A stretch of 64,000 nucleotides of DNA from an uncultured delta proteobacterium (lineage in GTDB: Bacteria > Myxococcota_A > Polyangia > Polyangiales > Polyangiaceae). How positions within the stretch are numbered: position 1 is the first letter of the stretch; each line of letters starts with the position of its first letter. The notes under the pieces are model-generated. The model saw only the letters and a list, made by a program, of their open reading frames with translations, was not told the DNA's origin and ran no database searches. Location of the stretch: contig CAWDXG010000001.1 of the NCBI GenBank assembly GCA_963806225.1, forward strand, positions 128,001 to 192,000. Direction: 5' to 3'. Below, one piece after another: positions 23,023 to 30,640 of this stretch. A program made the translations under genes and the position numbers.

Positions 23023-24135
23023 GACCCATCGACCTGCCCGCGTACCTCCGCGATACGGCGCTGCGCATGTTCCCGCACAGCACGCGGACTGGGCTTGTGC
23101 GGATCGGCAACCCGGGGCGCGAATCACCGGCGCTGGTCACCGGCAATTTCACGCTCACCGTGCGGCGGCTCCGCGATACGCTGCGCGGGCGCGACGCCTG
23201 GCTGCTTGTCGCAAACAGCAAGGGTATCAACGTGTGGTGTGCGGCAGGCGGCGGGCACCTCACGCACCACGACATCATCTCGGTCATCCGCACCTCGCGC
23301 ATCGCGGAGCAGGTCGACCATCGCGAGGTCATCCTGCCGCAGCTGTGCGCGACGGGCGTCGAGCGGCGCCGCATCACCGAGACCACGGGCTTTGCGACGC
23401 GCTGGGGCCCGGCGCGGCTGGAGGATCTGCCGGCCTTCCTCGACCGCGGTGCGCGGGTGCACAAGCGGCGAGCGGTTCATGCGCTTCCCGCTCTGGGAAC
23501 GGCTCGAGATGGCGGCGATGTGGGGCGTGATGATGCTGGTCATCGCGCTGCCGATCGTTGCGGTCCTGGCCGGCTGGAAGAGCGCAGCGGCGACGGAAAT
23601 CGCGGTGGCGCTGATGGTCGCAGGACTGTTCGCGCTCGTGCCCTGGCTCCAGCTGCGCACGCTTGCGCGCTACTTGACGTTCGCGGCCTTCTGCGTTGCG
23701 GCGGCCCTGCTCGGCGCCGGGCTCCTGGTCGCGTTCGGAGCCTGGACACCCGGGCACGAGCTGGCGCTGGCGCTGACCTGCCTTGTCGCGATGGGCGTTC
23801 TCTCGGTCGATCTCGCCGGCACCACGCCCTGGTACGCGAGCTACATCAACTCGTTCCGCAACGAGCCGCACATCGAGCTCGTGGAGGAGCGCTGCACGGG
23901 AGCGGCGGACTGTGTGCAGGTGTGCCCGCGCGACGTGCTGAAGATGAACGGCACGCGCCGCAAGGTCGAGATCACGCACCCCGATCAGTGCATCCAGTGC
24001 GGCGCCTGCATCGTGCAGTGCCCGGAGGACGCCCTGCGCTTCCACTACGACGACGGCCGCATCGTCGAAGCGACGACCCTCCGCACCACGCGCATGAACA
24101 TGCTCGGGCGGCGCACGGTGGAAGTGAAGCAGTAG
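23019..24135 (+). CDS. hgcAB: Fused HgcAB-like protein: CdhD/HgcA corrinoid domain + TM helices + ferredoxin (+1 frameshift near 23466)
   Basis: GLVRIGNPGRESPALVTGNFTLT, WLLVANSKGINVWCAAGGG (cap helix 23229-23255), VILPQLCATGV, RWGPARLEDLPAFL, MRFPLWERLEMA, 4-5 TM helices, CTGAADCVQVCP and CIQCGACIVQCP. Confidence 0.9.
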
Positions 24136-24144
24136 GCGCGCCGC

Positions 24145-24552
24145 TCAGTGGCCGGAAGCAGCGCCGGGCGGCGGACGGCCGTGGCGCTTGGCGAGCGCGG
24201 CGCGGTAGGCGTCGAATTTCTTCTGCTGGTCGGCATCGAGCACCGCGCGGATCTCGCTGTCGATCTGTGTCCGGAGCTTGTCGAAGGACGGCGCGCAGTG
24301 CTGGAAGGTCCGGTGGCGTTCGCCCTCGTGCTTGTCGAAGATCGCTTCTATCTGCGTGCGCTGCTCGCTCGTGAGATCGAGCTGTCGGCTCATCGCCTCC
24401 ATCCGGAAGTGGATCCACGCGCGGCCGGGCGGACCGGCAAGCTCATGGGCGAAGTGCATGCGGTGGTAGGCCTGCATTCCGAATGCGCCGGCCGCACCGC
24501 CCAGCACGAAGGTGGCGACGAGTACCGCAATCGACCTGGACTTGGGGCTCAC
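24145..24552 (-). CDS. Spy/CpxP-like (LTXXQ) periplasmic protein
   Basis: N-terminal TM, LDLTSEQRTQIEAI and VLDADQQKKFD; GTGA-coupled to the anti-sigma gene. Confidence 0.7.
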   Translation of the reverse strand: MSPKSRSIAVLVATFVLGGAAGAFGMQAYHRMHFAHELAGPPGRAWIHFRMEAMSRQLDLTSEQRTQIEAIFDKHEGERHRTFQHCAPSFDKLRTQIDSEIRAVLDADQQKKFDAYRAALAKRHGRPPPGAASGH

Positions 24553-24815
24553 TGGGAAAACTCCACCGGATCGAAGGCCGTGAGGGTGTTCCGGTCGAGG
24601 CGCGACTGCGCCTGGGTCGAGTACAGCGCTGCGGCTGCGGCTGCCATCGCGAAGGCGACCAGCGCGACGCGCCCGACCTGCCACATGCTCCGCTGCCACG
24701 ACCCCTCGCGCTCGACCGCAGCCATCACCCAGTCGGCGAAGCCGGACGCGGGCGCCACGCTGCTGGTCGAGCGCGCCAGCCGGGAAAGATGCTGATCGAT
24801 GTCGTGCTCGTTCAT
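24549..24815 (-). CDS. Probable single-TM anti-sigma factor
   Basis: APASGFADWVMAAV motif then a TM helix; directly after the ECF sigma with ATGA overlap. Confidence 0.65.
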   Translation of the reverse strand: MNEHDIDQHLSRLARSTSSVAPASGFADWVMAAVEREGSWQRSMWQVGRVALVAFAMAAAAAALYSTQAQSRLDRNTLTAFDPVEFSQ

Positions 24816-25348
24816 GACCCACCTCGCCGGCGCCGGAGCGTGGAGCGCGCGCGGACCAGGCGCTGCTCCACCGCGCCTTCGCTGCAGCCGAGCGCATCGG
24901 CCGCTTCCAGCGCCGTCAGACCCTCGACCGCACACAGCACCAGCGCCGCGCGCTGCTCGGCTGGCAACTCATCGAGCCAGCTGCCGAGCTCGGACAGCGC
25001 CGCCCGTGACTCCGGGTCCAGCCCGGAATCGAAGCGGCCGTTGTCGAGCGCCGCGTCGTCGCCGGCGGGTCGCGCTGCCCGCCGGCGGAGCGCATCGATG
25101 CAGGCGTTGGTCACGATGCGCCGGAGCCAGGTGCGGACGCCCGCCCGCTCGTCGAAACGCCCCTCGGCGAGTGCGCGATAGGCCTTCACGTACGCCTCCT
25201 GCAGAACGTCCTCGGCGTCCGCCGTGCTGCCGAGGATGCGGGCCGCGAGCCGGTAGCTCTGCTTCTCCGTGTGTTCGACGATCGTGCGGAACGCTGCCGG
25301 ATCGCCACGAGCGACCCGGCGGGCGGATAGCGAGAGATCGGCTTCCAC
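24812..25348 (-). CDS. ECF RNA polymerase sigma-70 factor
   Basis: ADAEDVLQEAYVKAY, TWLRRIVTNACID, LPAEQRAALVL..VEGLT..EAADALG. Confidence 0.93.
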   Translation of the reverse strand: MEADLSLSARRVARGDPAAFRTIVEHTEKQSYRLAARILGSTADAEDVLQEAYVKAYRALAEGRFDERAGVRTWLRRIVTNACIDALRRRAARPAGDDAALDNGRFDSGLDPESRAALSELGSWLDELPAEQRAALVLCAVEGLTALEAADALGCSEGAVEQRLVRARSTLRRRRGGS

Positions 25349-25409
25349 GGCGTTCCGGTTTGCGTCTCACGTGCAGATGGGCGTGGCCCGGTCACGACTT
25401 TGCTCCTGG

Positions 25410-25480
25410 TCACGGTTTTGCGCCAGCCCTCCGGTCCAGCATCTTGGCGAGCTGGGTACGCTGGTCGGGCGTCAGCGATC
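25410..25480 (-). pseudogene. Remnant 3' end of an LTXXQ (Spy/CpxP-like) gene
   Basis: Minus frame reads SLTPDQRTQLAKMLDRRAGAKP* with no proper N-terminus. Confidence 0.45.
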
Positions 25481-25516
25481 CTTCCCGGGGCGAGGCCCCG
25501 TGCTTCTTCCACTTCG

Positions 25517-25543
25517 GACGCAGCCGGCGCCCGGATCCCTACG
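25517..25543 (-). promoter_or_regulatory. Putative ECF promoter, copy 1
   Basis: CGTAGGGA-N12-CTGCGTC upstream of the ECF sigma; same motif at 30525-30551. Confidence 0.6.
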
Positions 25544-25547
25544 CCGA

Positions 25548-27122
25548 TCAGAACAGCCCCCTCTGTGTGCGCACGAAGCCGACCTTCCGTGCGCGGGTGC
25601 GTGCGCCCTCGATGGCGCTCTGCTTGACGGCGCCGGCGTGTGCGCGCAGGAGCTCGCCGGTCAGGTGCTCGAGCGCCAGGATCGCATCCACGCGATCGAC
25701 TCGCGCACGTTCCACGGACAGCTCTGCCTGACGCAGCGCATCCTGGGCCTGCTGGACCTCTATCGCCGTGCCAGCGCCCCGGGCATAGCGGGCCTGCTGG
25801 GCAGTGAACTGTTTCTTGGCTGCTTCCGCGGCGGCCTCGGCGAGCTTGACGCGGCGCTCGGCGCCTCTGGCCTGCGCCAGCTGGCTGGCGGCCTGCGACT
25901 CGGCCTGCTGGCGCGCCGCGGACAGCTTCGCCTCGGCGCTGTCGACGGCGAGCATCGCCGAGCGGCGCTGGGCGCTCATCGTGGTGTCGCTCAGCGGCAG
26001 CTCGAACACGATGCCGATGTGCGCGCTCAGGGCCTGCCCGGTTCCGAAGCGCGCGAATGCGGGCGGCACTTCCTTGTACGCGAGCCCCTCGGACTGCACG
26101 TAGCCTTCGAGATCCAGTCGCGGCCGCTGGTTTTCCCCCGCGGTCTTCAGCCTGTCGCGGGCCACGTCGAGCTGCGCCTGCGCGGCCTTGACCTCGAGCG
26201 ACTGGTCGACGGCGGCTTTCAACACGTCGCGGCGCGACGGGGGCGTGCGCAGATCCTCCGCAGGCGTCTGGTCGCTCGTCTGCACGCCGTTCACGAAGTC
26301 GCCGCTTCCCAGAAGTTGTTGCAGCTGGAGCGCCTGCTGCTGGCGCTGCACCTCGGCGCTGGCGAGCGACTGATCGCGTTGGGCGACCTGTGTCTCGAAG
26401 CTCAGCACGTCGATCGGGGCCAGCGCGCCCGACTGCTGGCGCTGGCGGGCCTCGTCGCGCTGTTTGACGGCCAGATCGCGCGAGCTCTTCTCGATCTCGA
26501 CCGAGCGGTCCCGGTACCAGAGCTCCCAGTAGGCGGTCAGCACGTCGCGCAGGAGCTGGCTGGCAGCGACATCCTGGGCGCGCTCGCTGGCGGTGCGGGC
26601 CAGGCGCGCCTGGCGCAGCGCCGCTTCACCCACGTCGGTCCCGGCGCCGCGCAGCAGCGGCTGCACCAACGTGAGGCGGCCGGTCAGGTCGTAGCCGGGG
26701 CCGAGCGTGACGTACTGGTCGGTGCCGGGCACCGTCTGCGTCTTGTTGGTCGACCGGGTGCCGTCCACGCGAAGTGTCAGCTGGGTGCCCCAGGGGAAGG
26801 TGTGGCTGAGCTGCGAGCCCACGGCCCACGTGTTGCCCTTCGAGACGCTCACCTCGCCGCTGGCGCCCGATCTGAGCCGGGGCGACTCGTTGTGCGTGAA
26901 GCCCGCATCCGCCTCGAATACCGGCACGAACCTGCCTTCCTCGGCGAGCACGTCCTGCTGGGCGGCGGCCGCGTCGATCATCGAGGCCTGCAGCGAAGGA
27001 TTTTTCGCCAGCGCCTCCTCGATCGCCTGGCGCTCGGTCAGGGTGAGGGTCTGTTGCGCGGTGGCGACCGCGGGAAACGAGGCGAAAAGGACGACGGCTG
27101 AGAGCGGCAGGAGCTTGTTCAT
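25548..27122 (-). CDS. TolC family outer membrane efflux protein
   Basis: Signal peptide, LTLTERQAIEEALAKNPSL, LVQPLLRG, RPRLDL, RYARGAGTAIEVQQAQ. Confidence 0.9.
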   Translation of the reverse strand: MNKLLPLSAVVLFASFPAVATAQQTLTLTERQAIEEALAKNPSLQASMIDAAAAQQDVLAEEGRFVPVFEADAGFTHNESPRLRSGASGEVSVSKGNTWAVGSQLSHTFPWGTQLTLRVDGTRSTNKTQTVPGTDQYVTLGPGYDLTGRLTLVQPLLRGAGTDVGEAALRQARLARTASERAQDVAASQLLRDVLTAYWELWYRDRSVEIEKSSRDLAVKQRDEARQRQQSGALAPIDVLSFETQVAQRDQSLASAEVQRQQQALQLQQLLGSGDFVNGVQTSDQTPAEDLRTPPSRRDVLKAAVDQSLEVKAAQAQLDVARDRLKTAGENQRPRLDLEGYVQSEGLAYKEVPPAFARFGTGQALSAHIGIVFELPLSDTTMSAQRRSAMLAVDSAEAKLSAARQQAESQAASQLAQARGAERRVKLAEAAAEAAKKQFTAQQARYARGAGTAIEVQQAQDALRQAELSVERARVDRVDAILALEHLTGELLRAHAGAVKQSAIEGARTRARKVGFVRTQRGLF

Positions 27123-27311
27123 GGCGCAGGGCATCGATGGGGTTGAGGCGCGCGGCCTTTCCGGGGGCGAAGGCAGAGCCGTCGGCGGCTCCCACGGGGA
27201 CTGTTCGCGGGGAGCGCGGCGATTATTTCAAGGCCGCGCCGCCTTTCGTGAAGGCCGGGTTCGTGCAGGACGCTACTCATGGCGCAGGGCATCGATGGGG
27301 TTGAGGCGCGC
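27119..27311. repeat. 35-bp perfect direct repeat (27119-27153 and 27277-27311)
   Basis: tcatggcgcagggcatcgatggggttgaggcgcgc twice, extending through gcctt after one mismatch; encodes the permease C-terminus KAARLNPIDALRHE. Confidence 0.9.
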
Positions 27312-28481
27312 CGCCTTGCGGGCCGGCAGATAGCCGAACAGAACGCCGACGAGCGCCGAGAACACGAAGGCCAGAATGGTCAGGCCCGGGGAGACAACGA
27401 ACGGCAGGCCCATGCTGTGCGTCGCCGCATAGGCGCCGATCGTGCCGAGGACGACGCCGATGACGCCGCCCAGCGTGGAGAGCACGATGGCTTCCACGAG
27501 GAACTGCAGCAGCACCTCGTTGCCAAGCGCGCCGATCGCGAGGCGGATGCCGATTTCGCGTGTGCGCTCGGTGACCGACACCAGCATGATGTTCATGATG
27601 CCGATGCCGCCCACCAGCAGGCTGACGGCTGCAATAGCGCCGAGCAGCGCCGTCAGCGCGCCGGTCGTCTGCGAGACAGTGTCGACAATTTCCTGCATGT
27701 CGCGCACGTTGAAGTCGTCCTCCGCTCCCGGGGCAACGTGGCGCCGTTCGCGCAGGAGCGACTCGATCTGGGCCTTGACCCGCGACGTGTCGTTCTTGCT
27801 CGTCACCGAGACGAAGACGGTTGGAATGTCGCGATTGCCAACGATGCGACGTTGCACGGCCGTGAGCGGCATCACGATCAGGTCGTCCTGGTCGGAGCCC
27901 ATCGCGCTCGACCCCTTCGCGGTCAAGACGCCGATCACGGTGCAGGGCGTGCGCCCGAGGCGGATGGCGGCGCCAATCGCGCTCTCGCGTCCGAAGAGCT
28001 CCTTGCGCGTGGTCTCGCCGATCACGCACACCGAGGCGGCGCCGGACTCATCGGCTGCGTTCAGGAGCCGCCCCTGTGCGATCGTGTAGTTCCTGACTTC
28101 GAAGAAGGCAGGCGTCGAGCCGTAGATCTGTGTGCGCCAGTTGGTGTTGCCGTAGACGGCGACGATCGCCTTGGCAGAAGTGGGCGCGATGGCCTTCAGG
28201 CCGGAGATCTGTTTCCTGATCGCGGCCACATCCGACATCTCGAAGGGGGTTGTCCCCGAGCTGGGGGCGCCATGGTGACGGTCTGCGCCCGGGCTCAGGA
28301 TGAGCAGGTTGTCGCCGAGGGCGGAGATGCGTTCGGTGACACTGGCCGTGGCGCCCTGCCCAATCGACACCATGGCGATGACGGCGCCCACGCCTATCAC
28401 GACGCCGAGCATGGTGAGGAAGGAGCGCATGGTGTTGCGCCGGATCTCCCGCAGCGACATGTGCAGGATGCTCCAGAGCAT
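27273..28481 (-). CDS. macB: MacB-family ABC transporter permease
   Basis: RSFLTMLGVVIGVGAVI, VSLLVGGIGIMNIMLVSVTERTREIGIR.AIGA, PARKAARLNPIDALRHE. Confidence 0.93.
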   Translation of the reverse strand: MLWSILHMSLREIRRNTMRSFLTMLGVVIGVGAVIAMVSIGQGATASVTERISALGDNLLILSPGADRHHGAPSSGTTPFEMSDVAAIRKQISGLKAIAPTSAKAIVAVYGNTNWRTQIYGSTPAFFEVRNYTIAQGRLLNAADESGAASVCVIGETTRKELFGRESAIGAAIRLGRTPCTVIGVLTAKGSSAMGSDQDDLIVMPLTAVQRRIVGNRDIPTVFVSVTSKNDTSRVKAQIESLLRERRHVAPGAEDDFNVRDMQEIVDTVSQTTGALTALLGAIAAVSLLVGGIGIMNIMLVSVTERTREIGIRLAIGALGNEVLLQFLVEAIVLSTLGGVIGVVLGTIGAYAATHSMGLPFVVSPGLTILAFVFSALVGVLFGYLPARKAARLNPIDALRHE

Positions 28482-29206
28482 CAGCTGCGTCCTCCCGTGA
28501 GTTGGTCGTCGAGGATGCGGCCGTCCTTGAACGTCACGATGCGCGAGCCGTACGCGGCGAGATCCGGCTCGTGCGTGACCATCACGATGGTCAGCCCGCG
28601 TTCGCGGTTGAGCTGGACGAGCAGCTTCATCACTTCTGCGCTCCGCGCCGAGTCGAGGTTGCCCGTCGGCTCGTCGGCGAGCAGAAGCGCGGGGTCGACC
28701 ACCAGCGCGCGGGCGATCGCGACGCGCTGCTGCTGCCCGCCCGAAAGCTCCGACGGCGTGTGGTGCTCGCGCCCTTCCAGACCCACGATCGCAAGCGCCT
28801 GCATCGCGCGGTGATGCCGCTCCTCGGCCGGGACGCGCTTGTAGATGAGCGGCAGCTCGGTGTTCTCCAGGGCGGTGGTGCGGGCGAGCAGGTTGAAGCC
28901 CTGGAAGACGAAGCCGATGTAGTTCCGCCTGAGCAGCGCCTGCTGGTCGCGATCGAGCTTGCCCACGTCGACGCCGCGGAAGAAGTAGCTACCGTCCGTC
29001 GGTACATCGAGGCAGCCGATGATGTTCATGCAGGTGGACTTGCCCGACCCGCTCGAACCCATGATCGAGACGAACTCGCCCGGGTAGATCGATAGGTCGA
29101 TGCCGTCGAGCGCGCGGACCTCCGACGCGCCTTCGCCGTACACCTTGGTGATGCCGCGGAGCGCGAACCACGGCTCCGTGGACACTTCGCTCGCGGCGGC
29201 GGCCAT
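28481..29206 (-). CDS. ABC transporter ATP-binding protein (LolD/MacB type)
   Basis: GSSGSGKST, IGFVFQGFNLL, LSGGQQQRVAIARAL, LLADEPTGNLD, VTHE. Confidence 0.95.
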   Translation of the reverse strand: MAAAASEVSTEPWFALRGITKVYGEGASEVRALDGIDLSIYPGEFVSIMGSSGSGKSTCMNIIGCLDVPTDGSYFFRGVDVGKLDRDQQALLRRNYIGFVFQGFNLLARTTALENTELPLIYKRVPAEERHHRAMQALAIVGLEGREHHTPSELSGGQQQRVAIARALVVDPALLLADEPTGNLDSARSAEVMKLLVQLNRERGLTIVMVTHEPDLAAYGSRIVTFKDGRILDDQLTGGRS

Positions 29207-30513
29207 CAGCCACCTCCGGTTACGTCCACGATGACCTTCTGGCCCGGTTTCACGCCCGAGAGCACCTCGGTCACCTGACCGTCCGAGACGCCGATCTTGA
29301 CGGCAACGCGCTTGGGTTGGTTGTTGGCGAGCACCCAGACGTGCGGCGCGTTCGGGTCTTCCTTCTTCTTGGGTGCCGCCCCGGCGGGTGGGCGGCTGCG
29401 GCCCGAGAACATGCGCAGGCCGGGAGGACCACCGTGCCCGCTGCTCCCCGTCGACGGCGGCTTGAAGCGCAGCGCGGCGTTCGGCACCAGGATGGCGTTG
29501 TCGCGGTGCACGGTCACGATCGTGGCGGTCGCGGTCATGCCTGGCCGCAGCACACCGTCCGCGTTGTCGACGCGTAGAATGGCTTCGTACGTGACCACGT
29601 TGTCGACCGTGGTCGGCACGTTGCGGAGTTGCTTCAGCGTCGCGGGGAACTTCCTGTTGGGATAGGCGTCGACGGTGAAGCTCGCGTCCTGGCCCTGCTT
29701 GACGCGGCCGATGTCGGCCTCGTCGATCGCAATCGAGAGCTGCATCTCTTTCAGATCCCGGGCGAGCGTGAACAGCACCGGGGTCTGGAAGCCCGAGGTC
29801 ACGGTCTGGCCGACCTCGACCGCCCGTGACAGCACCACGCCGTCGATGGGCGACTTGATCTTCGCCTTGTCGAGGTTGGTCTGCGCCTGCTCGAGCGCAG
29901 CGCGGGCCAGTGCGATGTCCGCGGCCGACGATCTGACCTGTGCCTGGGCGCGCTCGGCCGCGGCGTCTGCCGACTCCAGATCCTGGTCCGAGATCAAGCC
30001 CTGTTTGGAGAGCGTGTGCTGTCGCGCGGCGACCAGCTTGGTCTCCTTGGCGGTGGCTTTGGCGCTGGCATACGACGCCTGCGCCGACACCAGCCTGGCG
30101 CTCGCCTGGTTGCGCGACGCGGTGAGCTGTTCTGGATCGATCTCGAGCAGCAGCTCGCCCTTCTTCACGCGGTCGTTGAAGTCCGCGTGGATGGCCATGA
30201 TGCTGCCAGTGACCTGGGCGCCCACCTCGACGGTGTCGACGCCCGAGAGCGTGCCCGTCGCGGTCACGGTGGCGTTGAGGTCGCCCTGCTGGACCGCCTC
30301 GGTCGAGTACTTCGGGACGTTCTGCTTCGCTGCCGACTTGCGCCATGCGAGGAAAGCCACCACGCCGCCCGCCACCACCAGAAGCGGCACGATGCGCCAG
30401 ATCCAGCGCCGCACACGGTGTGAGCGGCCCATACCGACCTTCTGGCGGAGCTCGGTGGCGGCGTCCTTGGCGATTCCGTTCTCGACGCTTCCCGGCTGAT
30501 TCGCGTTGCTCAT
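29206..30513 (-). CDS. macA: MacA-like periplasmic adaptor (membrane fusion protein)
   Basis: TM anchor, VEVGAQVTG..V.KGELL, IKSPIDGVV..R.VEVGQTV, IDEADIGRV, LRPGMTA. Confidence 0.92.
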   Translation of the reverse strand: MSNANQPGSVENGIAKDAATELRQKVGMGRSHRVRRWIWRIVPLLVVAGGVVAFLAWRKSAAKQNVPKYSTEAVQQGDLNATVTATGTLSGVDTVEVGAQVTGSIMAIHADFNDRVKKGELLLEIDPEQLTASRNQASARLVSAQASYASAKATAKETKLVAARQHTLSKQGLISDQDLESADAAAERAQAQVRSSAADIALARAALEQAQTNLDKAKIKSPIDGVVLSRAVEVGQTVTSGFQTPVLFTLARDLKEMQLSIAIDEADIGRVKQGQDASFTVDAYPNRKFPATLKQLRNVPTTVDNVVTYEAILRVDNADGVLRPGMTATATIVTVHRDNAILVPNAALRFKPPSTGSSGHGGPPGLRMFSGRSRPPAGAAPKKKEDPNAPHVWVLANNQPKRVAVKIGVSDGQVTEVLSGVKPGQKVIVDVTGGG

Positions 30514-30524
30514 CCAAGCCCCCC

Positions 30525-30551
30525 GACGCAGGTCATGCGCCGTTCCCTACG
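30525..30551 (-). promoter_or_regulatory. Putative ECF promoter, copy 2
   Basis: CGTAGGGA-N12-CTGCGTC ending 11 bp before the macA ATG. Confidence 0.6.
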
Positions 30552-30640
30552 GTTGCCCCGCCGATTTCCATCCGTTGTGGGTGGAAATCGGTGCGAGTCC
30601 TCGCTTCCATGCCGTCCTGGGCTCGTGAGAGCCTGGCTTC

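Noticed and set aside
23019..24135. Calling this organism a mercury methylator
   Set aside because: The gene is a fusion lacking the cap-helix Lys, one cluster Cys and the HgcB terminal cysteines; tested fused homologs were reported inactive. Sequence alone cannot support the claim.
21750..24374. 874-aa TetR-methyltransferase-corrinoid fusion in the ORF track
   Set aside because: Artefact: +1 insertions chain the 5' halves of three genes; the intervening stretches are out-of-frame nonsense and the real stops and starts overlap as ATGA.
27119..27311. Direct repeat as the boundary of a mobile element
   Set aside because: Only about 120 bp lie between the copies, with no integrase, transposase or terminal inverted repeats.
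24145..30513. Efflux/ECF locus as part of the corrinoid system (metal detoxification island)
   Set aside because: Convergent orientation and a separate promoter motif; adjacency alone is insufficient.
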